A stretch of 64,000 nucleotides of DNA from a bacterium (GCA_963675295.2 CAXXKJ010000002.1:3040001-3104000), one strand, 5' to 3'. Numbered from the stretch's first letter, positions 1 to 10,489 are shown. Translations and numbers: made by a program. The notes: generated from the sequence alone by a model not told the origin.

Positions 1-260
1 GCGTCCAGCGCCATCGCCAGTAATGAACAGGAGATGCGCTCTCCAACGGACAAAAGCATGTCCATTTCACGCTTCGGCGGATTCGGGTGCAGCTCGTTCG
101 CCAGCGAGATGAATTCGTCCGTTGTCGCGGCCATCGCGGATACAACCACGACCACATCGTTACCTTCCTTTTTCAAGTCGGCGATGTGTTTCGCGACCAG
201 CTTGATCTGCTCTGGCTGACGCAGGCTCGAGCCACCATATTTGCGCACGATGCGGCTCAT
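1..260 (-). CDS. lysC: Aspartate kinase, N-terminal part (runs off the window)
   Basis: Manual translation from ATG at 260: MSRIVRKYGGSSL...VVVVVSAMAATTDEFI...REMDMLLSVGERIS (KxGGSS, VVSAM and GE motifs). Start overlaps the dapB stop (ATGA). Not in the ORF track because it is truncated. Confidence 0.93.
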   Translation of the reverse strand, partial: MSRIVRKYGGSSLRQPEQIKLVAKHIADLKKEGNDVVVVVSAMAATTDEFISLANELHPNPPKREMDMLLSVGERISCSLLAMALD

Positions 261-970
261 GCGTCCAACCCCAGCACGTCCGCCATGGTGTAGGCTCCAG
301 ACGTTTTGCCCTTCATGAAACGCACCGCGGGCGCGACACCGCGCGCGAGGGCGGAACGTGAGGTGGCACGGTGCACCAGCTCCAGCGTCTCCCCTTCGGC
401 GGCATAGATGACGCGATGTTCACCGACAACCTCGCCAATACGCTGCGACGTGGTCTGCGATTCCGCACCGACAGCGAGCAGCATCTCGTAGATCTTCTTC
501 GCCGTGCCGGACGGTTGATCCAGCTTGTGCCGGTGGTGGACGTCGTGAATGCCGATATCGTAGTCTTTAAGCGCCTTTGCCGCACGGGTGGCGAGGTCGA
601 AGAGAACGTTCATCCCCTGCGAGAGGTTCGGCGCGATCAGGTGTGCGTTTGTCAGGGAGTTGAGCGTCGCCAGTTGGTCATTGTTGAATCCGGTGGCACC
701 GATCACGATCGGGAGGCCCTGCTGCTGCGCGCGCAGCGCGTGCTCGACCGCCCCTTCGGCGAGCGTGACGTCGACCCAGACATCCGCGGCGAAATCGGCG
801 TCCGGCGAGTCCGCCTCGATGGTGCAGCCAGCAACGGTCGCTCCGGCTCTGGCGTCAATGTCGACAGCGTGCACGACGACGATGTCGTCCTCTTTCGCCA
901 ACGATGACAGCACCTCGCTGCCCATTCTGCCCGCGGCACCGAACAGGCTGATCCGGATGGCTTCGCTCAT
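257..970 (-). CDS. dapB: 4-hydroxy-tetrahydrodipicolinate reductase
   Basis: GAAGRMG Rossmann motif, GATG, HHRHKLDQPSGTA catalytic motif, GEH; follows dapA. Confidence 0.95.
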   Translation of the reverse strand: MSEAIRISLFGAAGRMGSEVLSSLAKEDDIVVVHAVDIDARAGATVAGCTIEADSPDADFAADVWVDVTLAEGAVEHALRAQQQGLPIVIGATGFNNDQLATLNSLTNAHLIAPNLSQGMNVLFDLATRAAKALKDYDIGIHDVHHRHKLDQPSGTAKKIYEMLLAVGAESQTTSQRIGEVVGEHRVIYAAEGETLELVHRATSRSALARGVAPAVRFMKGKTSGAYTMADVLGLDA

Positions 971-979
971 GCGGTTTCC

Positions 980-1885
980 TCAGAGCAGACCGAGTTTACG
1001 CAAATCATTCTCGACGATTTCAATGTGCGTCGGGTTGGTCAACGGTGCCAGCGGCATGCGCACCGGACCCGACGGCAGCCCCAATCGGGACAGCACGTAT
1101 TTCGCCGGGGATGGGCTCGTTTCGATGAACAGACTACGAGACAGCGCGGCGAACCGCTGGTGCAGCTCGAACGCCCGGCTGTGATCGCCCTTTTCATGCG
1201 CGTTGAACTGTTCGACCACCAAGTCCGGCACCACGTTCGACAGCACCGACACCGCGCCGTTTCCGCCCACTTCCCAGATCGGCAGGTTGATGCCATCCTC
1301 GCCGGACAGGATCGGCGTCAGGTGGCCGAAGCGACGTGTCGCCTCCCATACCTGCGAGAGGTTGCCGGACGCTTCCTTCAACGCAGCGATCTCGGGGATT
1401 TCCAACAGACGTTCATACGTGTTCGGGGTCAGGTTGAGAGCGGTACGTCCGGGCACGTTGTACACCATCATCGGAAAGCCGGGGTTAACCTCGGCGACAT
1501 GGCCGAAGTGCCGCATCAGACCGTCCGCTGTCGGTTTGTTGTAATAGGGTGTGATCACCAGGCCGCCATCCGCGCCGATCTCCTTGGCCCTAGCCGTGCG
1601 TGCGGCGCTAGCCTCGGAGTTGTTGGTGCCGGTTCCGGCGACAACCCACGCCTTGCCGTCCGCGAGTTCCACGGCGATTTCGATCACCTTCGCCCATTCA
1701 TCCTGCGTCAGCGCCGGAGTTTCACCGGTGGTGCCGCAAGGTACGAGCCCGTGGATGCCGGCGTCGAGCTGACGCTTGATCAACGTGCGCAAACCCTGTT
1801 CATCCAGCGCGCCGGATTCGGTGAACGGAGTGACTATGGCGGTAAAAACGCCCTTCCACGGGGCGCGCTTCGGTGTCGCGGTCAT
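980..1885 (-). CDS. dapA: 4-hydroxy-tetrahydrodipicolinate synthase
   Basis: TAIVTPF, GTTGE, TPYYNKP, YNVPGRT, catalytic K in ALKEASG. Confidence 0.97.
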   Translation of the reverse strand: MTATPKRAPWKGVFTAIVTPFTESGALDEQGLRTLIKRQLDAGIHGLVPCGTTGETPALTQDEWAKVIEIAVELADGKAWVVAGTGTNNSEASAARTARAKEIGADGGLVITPYYNKPTADGLMRHFGHVAEVNPGFPMMVYNVPGRTALNLTPNTYERLLEIPEIAALKEASGNLSQVWEATRRFGHLTPILSGEDGINLPIWEVGGNGAVSVLSNVVPDLVVEQFNAHEKGDHSRAFELHQRFAALSRSLFIETSPSPAKYVLSRLGLPSGPVRMPLAPLTNPTHIEIVENDLRKLGLL

Positions 1886-1909
1886 GATGCTCCTTCAGAC
1901 CCTGAGTGG

Positions 1910-3327
<1,418 letters not shown>

Positions 3328-3430
3328 GCGTATTTCCGTTTCTCACAAGGATTTGACCAAAGTGATGCTTGTCGTGTTGCTGAACGTTCAGGATAGTCGC
3401 GAACCGTTCGCTCATACGTGAACTGTTAGA

Positions 3431-3460
3431 TCTTACCACGGACTTAAGTCCGTGGTAAGA
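3431..3460. repeat. Perfect 30-bp palindrome (REP-like)
   Basis: TCTTACCACGGACTTAAGTCCGTGGTAAGA equals its own reverse complement. Confidence 0.9.
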
Positions 3461-3625
3461 ATCGGGATCACAATCGCATCCTGACGCAAACGTGTCCTGA
3501 CTCTTACGTGATCTGACACAAATGTGTCCTGACCCGCCGGTGGGGCAAAATAGACGCCTGCCCGGGTACAGGCAAGCGACGTGTGGGTATCAATCTCCGG
3601 ATGGAAACGGTCAAGCGGCGTCTGC

Positions 3626-4801
3626 TCAGTGCCAGAGCAGATGCATTTGACCCTCGTCATTAAAGTTCGCGTGGATCGGATCAATTTCCAGTCCCTGCGG
3701 GTCGTGCGTCAGGTAGATCTCTTTCACCAGCGCCCCGCCTCCGTGTTCGCTCGCCCGCCGCACGATCCCGGAGAAGCCGAGATACCGTCCAGTGCTGTTG
3801 GACTTGATCCTCACCCGGCTGCCGATTGGGAACCGTTGCAGCATCAGGCACAGTGTTTCCATGGCGTAGGTGTTGTACACCTGCTCGTTTCCAGCCGCCA
3901 TCTGTTCGACGCATGTCAGCAAGTCGCAGGAGAGCCCCGTGACCGGATCCAGACGCAAGCGTTCAAACCCGATGGCAGTGTTGACCAGCTCGGCCTGTGG
4001 CAGCATCGTTGAGGGCGACAGCCGCCGCTGCGGTCGTGGCGGTTGATCCGCTCCTTTCAATCCGCTCGGGAAACCACGGCCACTGTACCGTTCCTCCTGC
4101 TGCAGAATGATCTGGTTCTCGAGGTCGGCTTCCGGGTTGCTGCCGCGTACGATCATGCTGGCAAAGGTGGGATGCTCCCGTGCGACGACCTTCTCCAGAT
4201 CGGTTTGGCTGGTTTCCTCGATGGCGTACGATCCAAATACCGTCCGGCCAATGAAATGAATCAGCGCGGCCGAGGCGACGGCGGCCATGTCGCGGACGGG
4301 ATAGTTGAACTCATGGGCAAGAATCAGGCTCAGGCTGGCGCAACGGACCCCGAATTCGATCCACGCGTCCGGCGGAGCCTTCGGCATCGACAGCATCGTG
4401 GTTACCTGCTGGTGAGCGGCCTCGATCAGGATATCCTGCAGCTTGGTGAGGGTGGCGTGGTCGAGCGTGCTGCCTTCACGTGCCGGATGTTTGACCAGGG
4501 CGTCCGTTAACGCGTCATCCGCCCAATATTTGGTCACCGTCTCCGGCTTCGGTTGCTCGCTCATGCTGAGGCTGAGATCGATGTTGCGGGCGACGATCTC
4601 CCGGATGATCATCCCGGGAAAGAGGTCCTCCTCCCCCAGGTCCATCACAGGTACACGACCGGCGCTCAGTTCAGCCAGACGTTGCAAATGCTTCTTCTGC
4701 AAGCGGAAACCAGCAGGCGCGATAATAAGTCCATCATTGTCAAATTGGGTGCGACCGAGAACATCACCTTCCTTCAGTTCACCGACGGCGATCAGATGCA
4801 T
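3626..4801 (-). CDS. HD-GYP-like protein with degenerate metal-binding motifs
   Basis: N-terminal ELKEGDVLG segment typical of HD-GYP proteins; AALIHFIG (HDIG site), REHP, QQEERYSGRGFPSGLKG (HHE..GxGYP site), FPIGSRV. Confidence 0.7.
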   Translation of the reverse strand: MHLIAVGELKEGDVLGRTQFDNDGLIIAPAGFRLQKKHLQRLAELSAGRVPVMDLGEEDLFPGMIIREIVARNIDLSLSMSEQPKPETVTKYWADDALTDALVKHPAREGSTLDHATLTKLQDILIEAAHQQVTTMLSMPKAPPDAWIEFGVRCASLSLILAHEFNYPVRDMAAVASAALIHFIGRTVFGSYAIEETSQTDLEKVVAREHPTFASMIVRGSNPEADLENQIILQQEERYSGRGFPSGLKGADQPPRPQRRLSPSTMLPQAELVNTAIGFERLRLDPVTGLSCDLLTCVEQMAAGNEQVYNTYAMETLCLMLQRFPIGSRVRIKSNSTGRYLGFSGIVRRASEHGGGALVKEIYLTHDPQGLEIDPIHANFNDEGQMHLLWH

Positions 4802-4902
4802 CCCATTCCCCCATCTTCCCCGTAGACCCGAACCCTAAATAGTGTCATCCTCAGAAAGACAAAGGTAGAACGTGAAACGGCCCGGGTAAAGTGGGAGCAC
4901 GG

Positions 4903-5460
4903 TTACTCGTTGAAACCGGGAAGCTGGCGCAGACGGCTGGCCGCGAGCGGAACGACGAGGGCGAAGATGAGCGTATTGATCGCGATCTGCGTCAGGCTGA
5001 AGAGGATGCCGCCAATGAGGAAACCAATCAGTGTTGTTTCCGCTATCGGGGCGAACAGATAGAAAGACAGTGACAGGATCACCTGGTACAGCACAGTGAC
5101 AAACAACCCCATCAGGGCGAACAGTGCGATGCGGAGTTGGCCGGTGGAGCGGTTGAGGGGATGACGGACGAGCCCGAACAACAGGCCGTTGAGGCCCTGT
5201 CCGAGCATCTGGGCAACCCACATGGACGGAATTGCCATGCTCGACCCGAGCGGGTTCAGCGCGCCGAAGACACCGTATGCGACCACTCCGACGGTGAATC
5301 CGAAACCGGGCCCGAGCAACAAACCGGCGACCGCAACGGTGGCGGTCACCAGTTCGACATTTGGGATCGCAAAAAAGAGGTAGCCAAACGCCACCGCGGT
5401 AGCGGCGAGCATGGCTGCGCGGCTGACACGGCGTGCGAGCTGTGAGTCAAGGGACGGCAT
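4903..5460 (-). CDS. ECF transporter S component (CbrT-like)
   Basis: 185 aa, about 6 TM helices, AxxxA in helix 1, IPNVELVT motif, LLGPGFG. Confidence 0.75.
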   Translation of the reverse strand: MPSLDSQLARRVSRAAMLAATAVAFGYLFFAIPNVELVTATVAVAGLLLGPGFGFTVGVVAYGVFGALNPLGSSMAIPSMWVAQMLGQGLNGLLFGLVRHPLNRSTGQLRIALFALMGLFVTVLYQVILSLSFYLFAPIAETTLIGFLIGGILFSLTQIAINTLIFALVVPLAASRLRQLPGFNE

Positions 5461-5475
5461 GGTTGCCGCCTGTGC

Positions 5476-5844
5476 TTAGCCCTTGCTCTTCTGCGGAGCG
5501 GTCTTCTCCCGGATACGCGCAGCTTTACCGACACGATCACGCAGATAATACAGCTTCGCGCGACGGACACGGCCCAGACGCTCGACTTCGATCTTCGCGA
5601 TGGTCGGGCTGTTGAACGGGAAAACACGTTCCACGCCGATACCGCTGGAGATTTTGCGAACGGTGAAGCTGCCGTGACCCAGACGGCCGCGAATACGGAT
5701 GACCGTACCACGGAAAATCTGGATACGTTCCTTGTTGCCTTCGATCACGCGCGTATGCACGCTGACGGTGTCTCCGGGGCCGAATTCGGGAACGTCAATG
5801 ATGTCTTCCCGGCGTTCGATCTCCTGAATCAGCAGGTCCGCCAT
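5476..5844 (-). CDS. rplS: 50S ribosomal protein L19
   Basis: [45 protein letters not shown]. Confidence 0.98.
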   Translation of the reverse strand: MADLLIQEIERREDIIDVPEFGPGDTVSVHTRVIEGNKERIQIFRGTVIRIRGRLGHGSFTVRKISSGIGVERVFPFNSPTIAKIEVERLGRVRRAKLYYLRDRVGKAARIREKTAPQKSKG

Positions 5845-5877
5845 GGTCTCACCTTCTATGCTGTGTGTTCTTCGAAA

Positions 5878-6600
5878 TCACTTGTTCTCGCCGCCGCCGT
5901 CCTGTTGACGGTCCAGCCAGCGCTGGTACAAATCCGGACGCAAACTCTTCGTGCGTTCGATCCGTTGTTCCAGCCGCCATTTCGCCACATTGGCGTGGTG
6001 GCCGCTGGTTAAAACTTCCGGCGCCGTTTCCCCATCCCACTCCGCGGGTTGCGTGTAGTGCGGATGATCGAGCAGACCGGAACTGAAGCTGTCCCCTGCC
6101 GCCGAATCGGGATCACCGAGCACGCCGGGCAGCAAACGTACGACAGAATCGACGATCACCGCCGCCGGCAGCTCTCCTCCGGTCAGGATGTAGTCGCCGA
6201 TGCTCAGCTCTTCATCCACAAACCGGTCGATCACCCGCTGGTCGACTCCCTTATAGTGTCCGCAAAGGAACGTCAATCGTTCACGTTGCGTCAACTCCTC
6301 GGCGATCTCCTGTGTCAGCACCCGTCCCTGGGGACTGGTCAGGATCACATGCGGTTTCGGCTCCGGACGTTTCTCACGCAGATCCGCCAACGCCTTCGCG
6401 ATTGGTTCCGCCTTGAGCACCATCCCGGGACCACCACCGAGGGGCCGGTCATCCGTGGTCGAATGCTTGTCCGTGGCGTAATCACGCAGCTGGATCAGGT
6501 GAAATTCGACAGATCCCGCCGCGACCGCCCGTTTCAACATCGACTCGTTGAGAATCGCCCCGATGCCTTCGGGAAACAGCGTCACAATTTCAATGATCAT
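5878..6600 (-). CDS. trmD: tRNA (guanine-N1)-methyltransferase
   Basis: TLFPE, DDRPLGGGPGMV, CGHYKGVDQR, SIGDYILTGGE; start trimmed to ATG at 6600 (MIIEIVTLFPE). Confidence 0.96.
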   Translation of the reverse strand: MIIEIVTLFPEGIGAILNESMLKRAVAAGSVEFHLIQLRDYATDKHSTTDDRPLGGGPGMVLKAEPIAKALADLREKRPEPKPHVILTSPQGRVLTQEIAEELTQRERLTFLCGHYKGVDQRVIDRFVDEELSIGDYILTGGELPAAVIVDSVVRLLPGVLGDPDSAAGDSFSSGLLDHPHYTQPAEWDGETAPEVLTSGHHANVAKWRLEQRIERTKSLRPDLYQRWLDRQQDGGGENK

Positions 6601-7309
6601 CGGGCGGCTCTGGTTTTTCTTCCCGCCGCTCGGGCCGTTGGATCCGATGGCGTGAACGGCTGGAACTCCGTCCACTGCCCCGAACCTCGGGATCCGCTTT
6701 GTCCTGTTCCTCTGGCAGCAAACCTTCGGGTAACGTCACCCGGATCTGCTTCTTATCGATGTCGATCTCATCGATCACGTCATGGATCGCCGGGATCAGC
6801 ACCTCGCCGTGCGGACCATCCACCTGCCACACATCGTTCGCGGGCAGGTCCATCACGTCGTTGATCGTGCCGAGGTCGCCATTCACCGTGCAGGTGACCC
6901 GGCAACCAACCAGATCGTCAACGTAGTACAGATCGTCCGGGAGTTCATCCCGGTCAGCCTGATCAATGAACAGGCGCCCGTTGATCAATGGCTCAACGAA
7001 CTCCCGTACCGGCGCTTCCATGAACCTCAGGTAGACCGCGCCGGGTTCAATGCGCACACGCTTCGGTGTCAGCCAGTGGATGCGGCCGTCAACACTTTCG
7101 AGCCACACTCTGTCGAGTTCGGCGAACCGTTCAGGCCGCCACGTCAACGGCTGCACCTTCAGATCTCCCTTGAGGCCATGCGCCTTGACCACCTGTCCGA
7201 TGGTAACCCTTCGGTCAGGTTCAGGCGGCTCCGGAATGTCGAATTCGGGAGTAGTATCCTCCGGATCGACCGGAAACCCTGGCGGGAGATCGTCACGTGT
7301 GTTCATCAT
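6590..7309 (-). CDS. rimM: Ribosome maturation factor RimM, with short N- and C-terminal extensions
   Basis: IGQVVKAHGLKG, YYVDDLVGC, PANDVW, LIPA; position between rpsP and trmD. Confidence 0.93.
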   Translation of the reverse strand: MMNTRDDLPPGFPVDPEDTTPEFDIPEPPEPDRRVTIGQVVKAHGLKGDLKVQPLTWRPERFAELDRVWLESVDGRIHWLTPKRVRIEPGAVYLRFMEAPVREFVEPLINGRLFIDQADRDELPDDLYYVDDLVGCRVTCTVNGDLGTINDVMDLPANDVWQVDGPHGEVLIPAIHDVIDEIDIDKKQIRVTLPEGLLPEEQDKADPEVRGSGRSSSRSRHRIQRPERREEKPEPPDDH

Positions 7310-7324
7310 CGGAATCGGACGAGC

Positions 7325-8020
7325 TTATTCGCTCTTCTTCTCGTCCTCATCGCCGTCGGCCTTCTTCTCGTCAGCCTTGGCTTCTTCCGCCGGTTTGTCA
7401 GCCTTCGGCTCGTCGGCGGCTTCCTTGGCCGGAGCGTCTTCCTTCTTCTCCTCGGCCTTGGTTTCCTTCTTCGGCTCTTCCGGCTTTTCCTCGGCCTTGG
7501 CTTCGGCCTTGGCATCAGCCTTGTCGTCCGCCTTCTCGTCCGGCTTGGCTTCTTCCGCCGTTTCGTCAGCCTTCGGCTCGTCGGCGGCTTCCTCAGCCTT
7601 TTCTTCCTTGGCTTCGGCCTTCTTGTCCTTCTTCGGCTCCGGCGGTTCGATCGGTTCCGGGTCCTTCGGGACGTACTTGTCCTTGGCCTTCGGCTGCGGA
7701 TTCTTCTTGTCCCGGTGCTGCTGCACCTGGGCTTCGATCTCCGGCTGCGCGGTTTCCTGCTTGATCAGGTCCCAGCGCAACAGGACGCCGTCCTTGGTGA
7801 ACAGGCGTTTGACGGTGTCGCTCATCTGCGCACCAACCTCGAGCCACTTGATCGCGGCGTCGTGGTCCACGACGAGGGTGATCGGGTTGGTCAGCGGATC
7901 GTAATGACCAATCTTCTCGATGTACTTGCCATCACGGCGCGTACGCTTATCGAGCGCGACGATCCGGTAGAAGGGACGCTTTTTGCGGCCCATCCGGGTC
8001 AGTCTCAGCATGACTGCCAC
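7325..8020 (-). CDS. rpsP: 30S ribosomal protein S16 with a long Ala/Glu/Lys/Asp-rich C-terminal tail
   Basis: LRLTRMGRKKRPFYRIV, RRDGKYIEKIGHYDP, GAQMSDTV; GTG start. Confidence 0.96.
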   Translation of the reverse strand: MAVMLRLTRMGRKKRPFYRIVALDKRTRRDGKYIEKIGHYDPLTNPITLVVDHDAAIKWLEVGAQMSDTVKRLFTKDGVLLRWDLIKQETAQPEIEAQVQQHRDKKNPQPKAKDKYVPKDPEPIEPPEPKKDKKAEAKEEKAEEAADEPKADETAEEAKPDEKADDKADAKAEAKAEEKPEEPKKETKAEEKKEDAPAKEAADEPKADKPAEEAKADEKKADGDEDEKKSE

Positions 8021-8031
8021 GTGCTTCCTCC

Positions 8032-9384
8032 TCAGCTGGGTGGGAACGGAAGATTTTTCGGCATCATGCCCTTCGGCATGCCCCGCATCATCTTCTTCTG
8101 GCCACCCATTTTCTTCATCATTTTTTTCATCGCGGTAAACTGGTTCAACAGGCGATTGACATCCTGCACCTTCACTCCGCTGCCTGCCGCAATCCGTTTC
8201 CGGCGGCTGCCGCGAATGATGCCCGGTTTCTGCCGTTCTTCCGGGGTCATCGACAGAATGATCGCCTCGGTACGCTTCAGCTCGCTGCCGTCCAGTTCGA
8301 CGTTCTTCAGCGCCTTGTTTGCGCCGGGAATCATCTTCAACAGGCCCTCAAGCGGGCCCATCTTCTTGATCTGGCGGATCTGCTTAAGGAAATCCTCCAG
8401 GTCGAACTGCTGCGCCTGCATCTTCTGCGCAAGCTTCAGCGCTTCCTTCTCGTCGACGGCTTCCTGCGCCTTTTCAACGAGCGAGACCACATCCCCGAGT
8501 CCGAGAATGCGATCAGCCATCCGTGACGGATGGAATTCTTCAAACTCATCCAGCTTTTCGCCGATACCGGCAAAACGGATCGGCACGCCGGTAACTTCAC
8601 GAATCGAAAGTGCCGCACCGCCACGTGCGTCGCCATCCAGCTTCGTCAGGATGACACCTGTCACCCCGAGCTGGTTCGCGAACGCCTGTGCGGAGTTGAC
8701 GGCGTCCTGCCCGGTCATGCCATCCGCGACGAACAGAATTTCCGACGGACGCAGCTGCTTCTTGATCTCGCGCAGCTCATCCATCAACGCTTCGTCGATG
8801 TGCAGACGGCCGGCGGTGTCGACGATCAGCGTGTCACGGCCCTTCTGACGGGCTTCGTCACGCGCGGCCATCGCCGTCTTCACCGGGTCCTTGTGTTCAC
8901 GCTGAGCGTGAACCGGCACGTTGACCTGTTCGCCGACGCGTTCGAGCTGATCGACCGCAGCCGGGCGCTGTAGGTCGCACGCCGCAAGCATGGGACGCAG
9001 CCCACGCTTGGTCAGGTACTTGCCAAGCTTACCGGAGCTGGTCGTTTTACCCGACCCCTGCAGACCGACCATCATGATCACGGTCGGCGTATCCTTGCTC
9101 CGGCGCAGTGGTTCGAAGGTCTGCCCTAGCAGATGGACAAGTTCATCATGGATGATCTTGATCACCTGCTGACCCGGAGTGACCGACTTCGTCACTTCCT
9201 GGCCGACAGCCCGCTCTTCCACCTTCTTCAGGAACGACTTCGCGACCTTGAAATTGACGTCCGCTTCGAGCAGAATGCGCCGTACTTCGCGCAATGCTGC
9301 CTGAACGTCCTCTTCGTTCAGTCGGCCACGGCCTTTGATCGTTTGAAAAAAGCCGTCGAGTTTGTCCTGAAGTTCACCAAACAT
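8032..9384 (-). CDS. ffh: Signal recognition particle protein
   Basis: LLEADVN, GLQGSGKTT, DTAGR, TKLDGDARGGAALS, Met-rich M domain; start trimmed to ATG 9384 (MFGELQ). Confidence 0.97.
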   Translation of the reverse strand: MFGELQDKLDGFFQTIKGRGRLNEEDVQAALREVRRILLEADVNFKVAKSFLKKVEERAVGQEVTKSVTPGQQVIKIIHDELVHLLGQTFEPLRRSKDTPTVIMMVGLQGSGKTTSSGKLGKYLTKRGLRPMLAACDLQRPAAVDQLERVGEQVNVPVHAQREHKDPVKTAMAARDEARQKGRDTLIVDTAGRLHIDEALMDELREIKKQLRPSEILFVADGMTGQDAVNSAQAFANQLGVTGVILTKLDGDARGGAALSIREVTGVPIRFAGIGEKLDEFEEFHPSRMADRILGLGDVVSLVEKAQEAVDEKEALKLAQKMQAQQFDLEDFLKQIRQIKKMGPLEGLLKMIPGANKALKNVELDGSELKRTEAIILSMTPEERQKPGIIRGSRRKRIAAGSGVKVQDVNRLLNQFTAMKKMMKKMGGQKKMMRGMPKGMMPKNLPFPPS

Positions 9385-9396
9385 GAAAACCAGTTG

Positions 9397-9629
9397 TGAG
9401 CCTTGAGCGGTGAGCTCTGATCTCAACAACTCCTTTTCGTCTTACGTCCTGGGTCCTGAGTCCTGAGCAAAAACAACAACCCACAGCCTCAATTTGTCAG
9501 GATCTGTATCGTCACGTCCTGGATTCGCATCCAGGAAACTGCCGCGAAACAATCTGCTCGGATGTACATGCCCTCGGACTTAAAACCGGTGTCTTGATAT
9601 TCTCAAGACTCAGGACACAAGACTCAGGA
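9397..9629. repeat. Heptamer-bounded intergenic cassette
   Basis: TGAG at 9397/9404/9411 and TGRG at 9450/9457/9464; CWCA at 9602/9609/9616/9623; central palindrome TCCTGGAT-TCGC-ATCCAGGA 9517-9536. Confidence 0.75.
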
Positions 9630-10109
9630 CTGACAATACCGTTTCACCACTTCTGCGATGACATTCGTTGTCGAACGCCCTTTCACCAGCGGCACGATCT
9701 CAACCCGCCCGCCGTGGGCTTCGACAATATCCTTGCCGACAACATCCTCCGGCTTCCAGTCACCGCCCTTGACCAGCACATCCGGCTTGAGTGCCTCGAT
9801 CAGCTCGAACGGTGTATCCTGCTCGAACAGCGTGACTCGGTCTACCGCCCTGAGGGCTCCCATCACCCGGGCACGATCTGTCCCAGGCACAACCGGCCGG
9901 TTTTCGCCTTTCAAGCGGCGGACGCTGGCGTCGGAGTTGAGCCCGAGGATCAGCGCATCTCCGAAGGTACGCGCGATTTCCAGCAGCTCGACATGGCCTG
10001 CATGCAGAATGTCAAAACAACCGTTGGTGAACACCACGCTCCTGCTTTCGGAGCGCATTTGTTCACGCCATTGGCGCGCTTCGTCCCATGAAACCGTCAC
10101 GCTATTCAT
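9624..10109 (-). CDS. rfaE2: D-glycero-beta-D-manno-heptose 1-phosphate adenylyltransferase (RfaE domain II)
   Basis: VFTNGCFDILHAGH, GLNSDASVRRLKG, PDVLVKGGDW, GRSTT; start trimmed to 10109. Confidence 0.93.
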   Translation of the reverse strand: MNSVTVSWDEARQWREQMRSESRSVVFTNGCFDILHAGHVELLEIARTFGDALILGLNSDASVRRLKGENRPVVPGTDRARVMGALRAVDRVTLFEQDTPFELIEALKPDVLVKGGDWKPEDVVGKDIVEAHGGRVEIVPLVKGRSTTNVIAEVVKRYCQS

Positions 10110-10156
10110 CGTGGGATCTCCGGGCTGAGCCAGGGCGCGCGCCGCCCGGCCATCAC

Positions 10157-10184
10157 AGAAAGAAGGCCCCACGCTGGAGCCTTC
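10157..10184 (-). terminator. Rho-independent terminator downstream of tRNA-Val
   Basis: Minus strand GAAGGCUCC-AGCGU-GGGGCCUUC followed by UUUCU. Confidence 0.6.
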
Positions 10185-10280
10185 ATCGCTTTAAACCGTA
10201 CTTATGGCGCGGGATAGACTACCTCAGGCTGACCTCATGCTGTTGTGCTCCCCAGCTTGATTGACCCCGGCCAACGGGTG

Positions 10281-10354
10281 TGGGCGATACAAGAATCGAA
10301 CTTGTGACCTCTGGTATGTGAGACCAGCGCTCTAACCAACTGAGCTAATCGCCC
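10281..10354 (-). tRNA. tRNA-Val(CAC)
   Basis: GGGCGATTAGCTCAGTTGGTTAGAGCGCTGGTCTCACATACCAGAGGTCACAAGTTCGATTCTTGTATCGCCCA: cloverleaf, anticodon stem CTGGT/ACCAG with CAC anticodon, TTCGA T-loop; CCA not encoded. Confidence 0.95.
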
Positions 10355-10489
10355 GTATCCATGATCGGAACACGCTTCGCGCGGATTATCCTTCCGAACG
10401 TACCGGTTCCTCTTCAAGGCAACGAATGTACGACGAGAGCTCCACTTGCGCAAGACGGAACGGCCTTACGCGAGGCGTGGCTCTCTTCT

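Noticed and set aside
6782-8848. 688-aa plus-strand ORF, and other long antisense ORFs (45882-48284, 28824-30452, 60167-61609, 37244-38554)
   Set aside because: Shadow frames of well-supported genes in GC-rich DNA; no recognisable motifs.
10142-10280. SRP (4.5S) RNA near ffh
   Set aside because: No conserved SRP helix-8 motif (CAGG...GNRA...AGCAG) found on either strand.
10281-10354. tRNA-Val as an integration site for an island or prophage
   Set aside because: No integrase and no duplicated tRNA 3' end seen; the flanks are core LPS genes.
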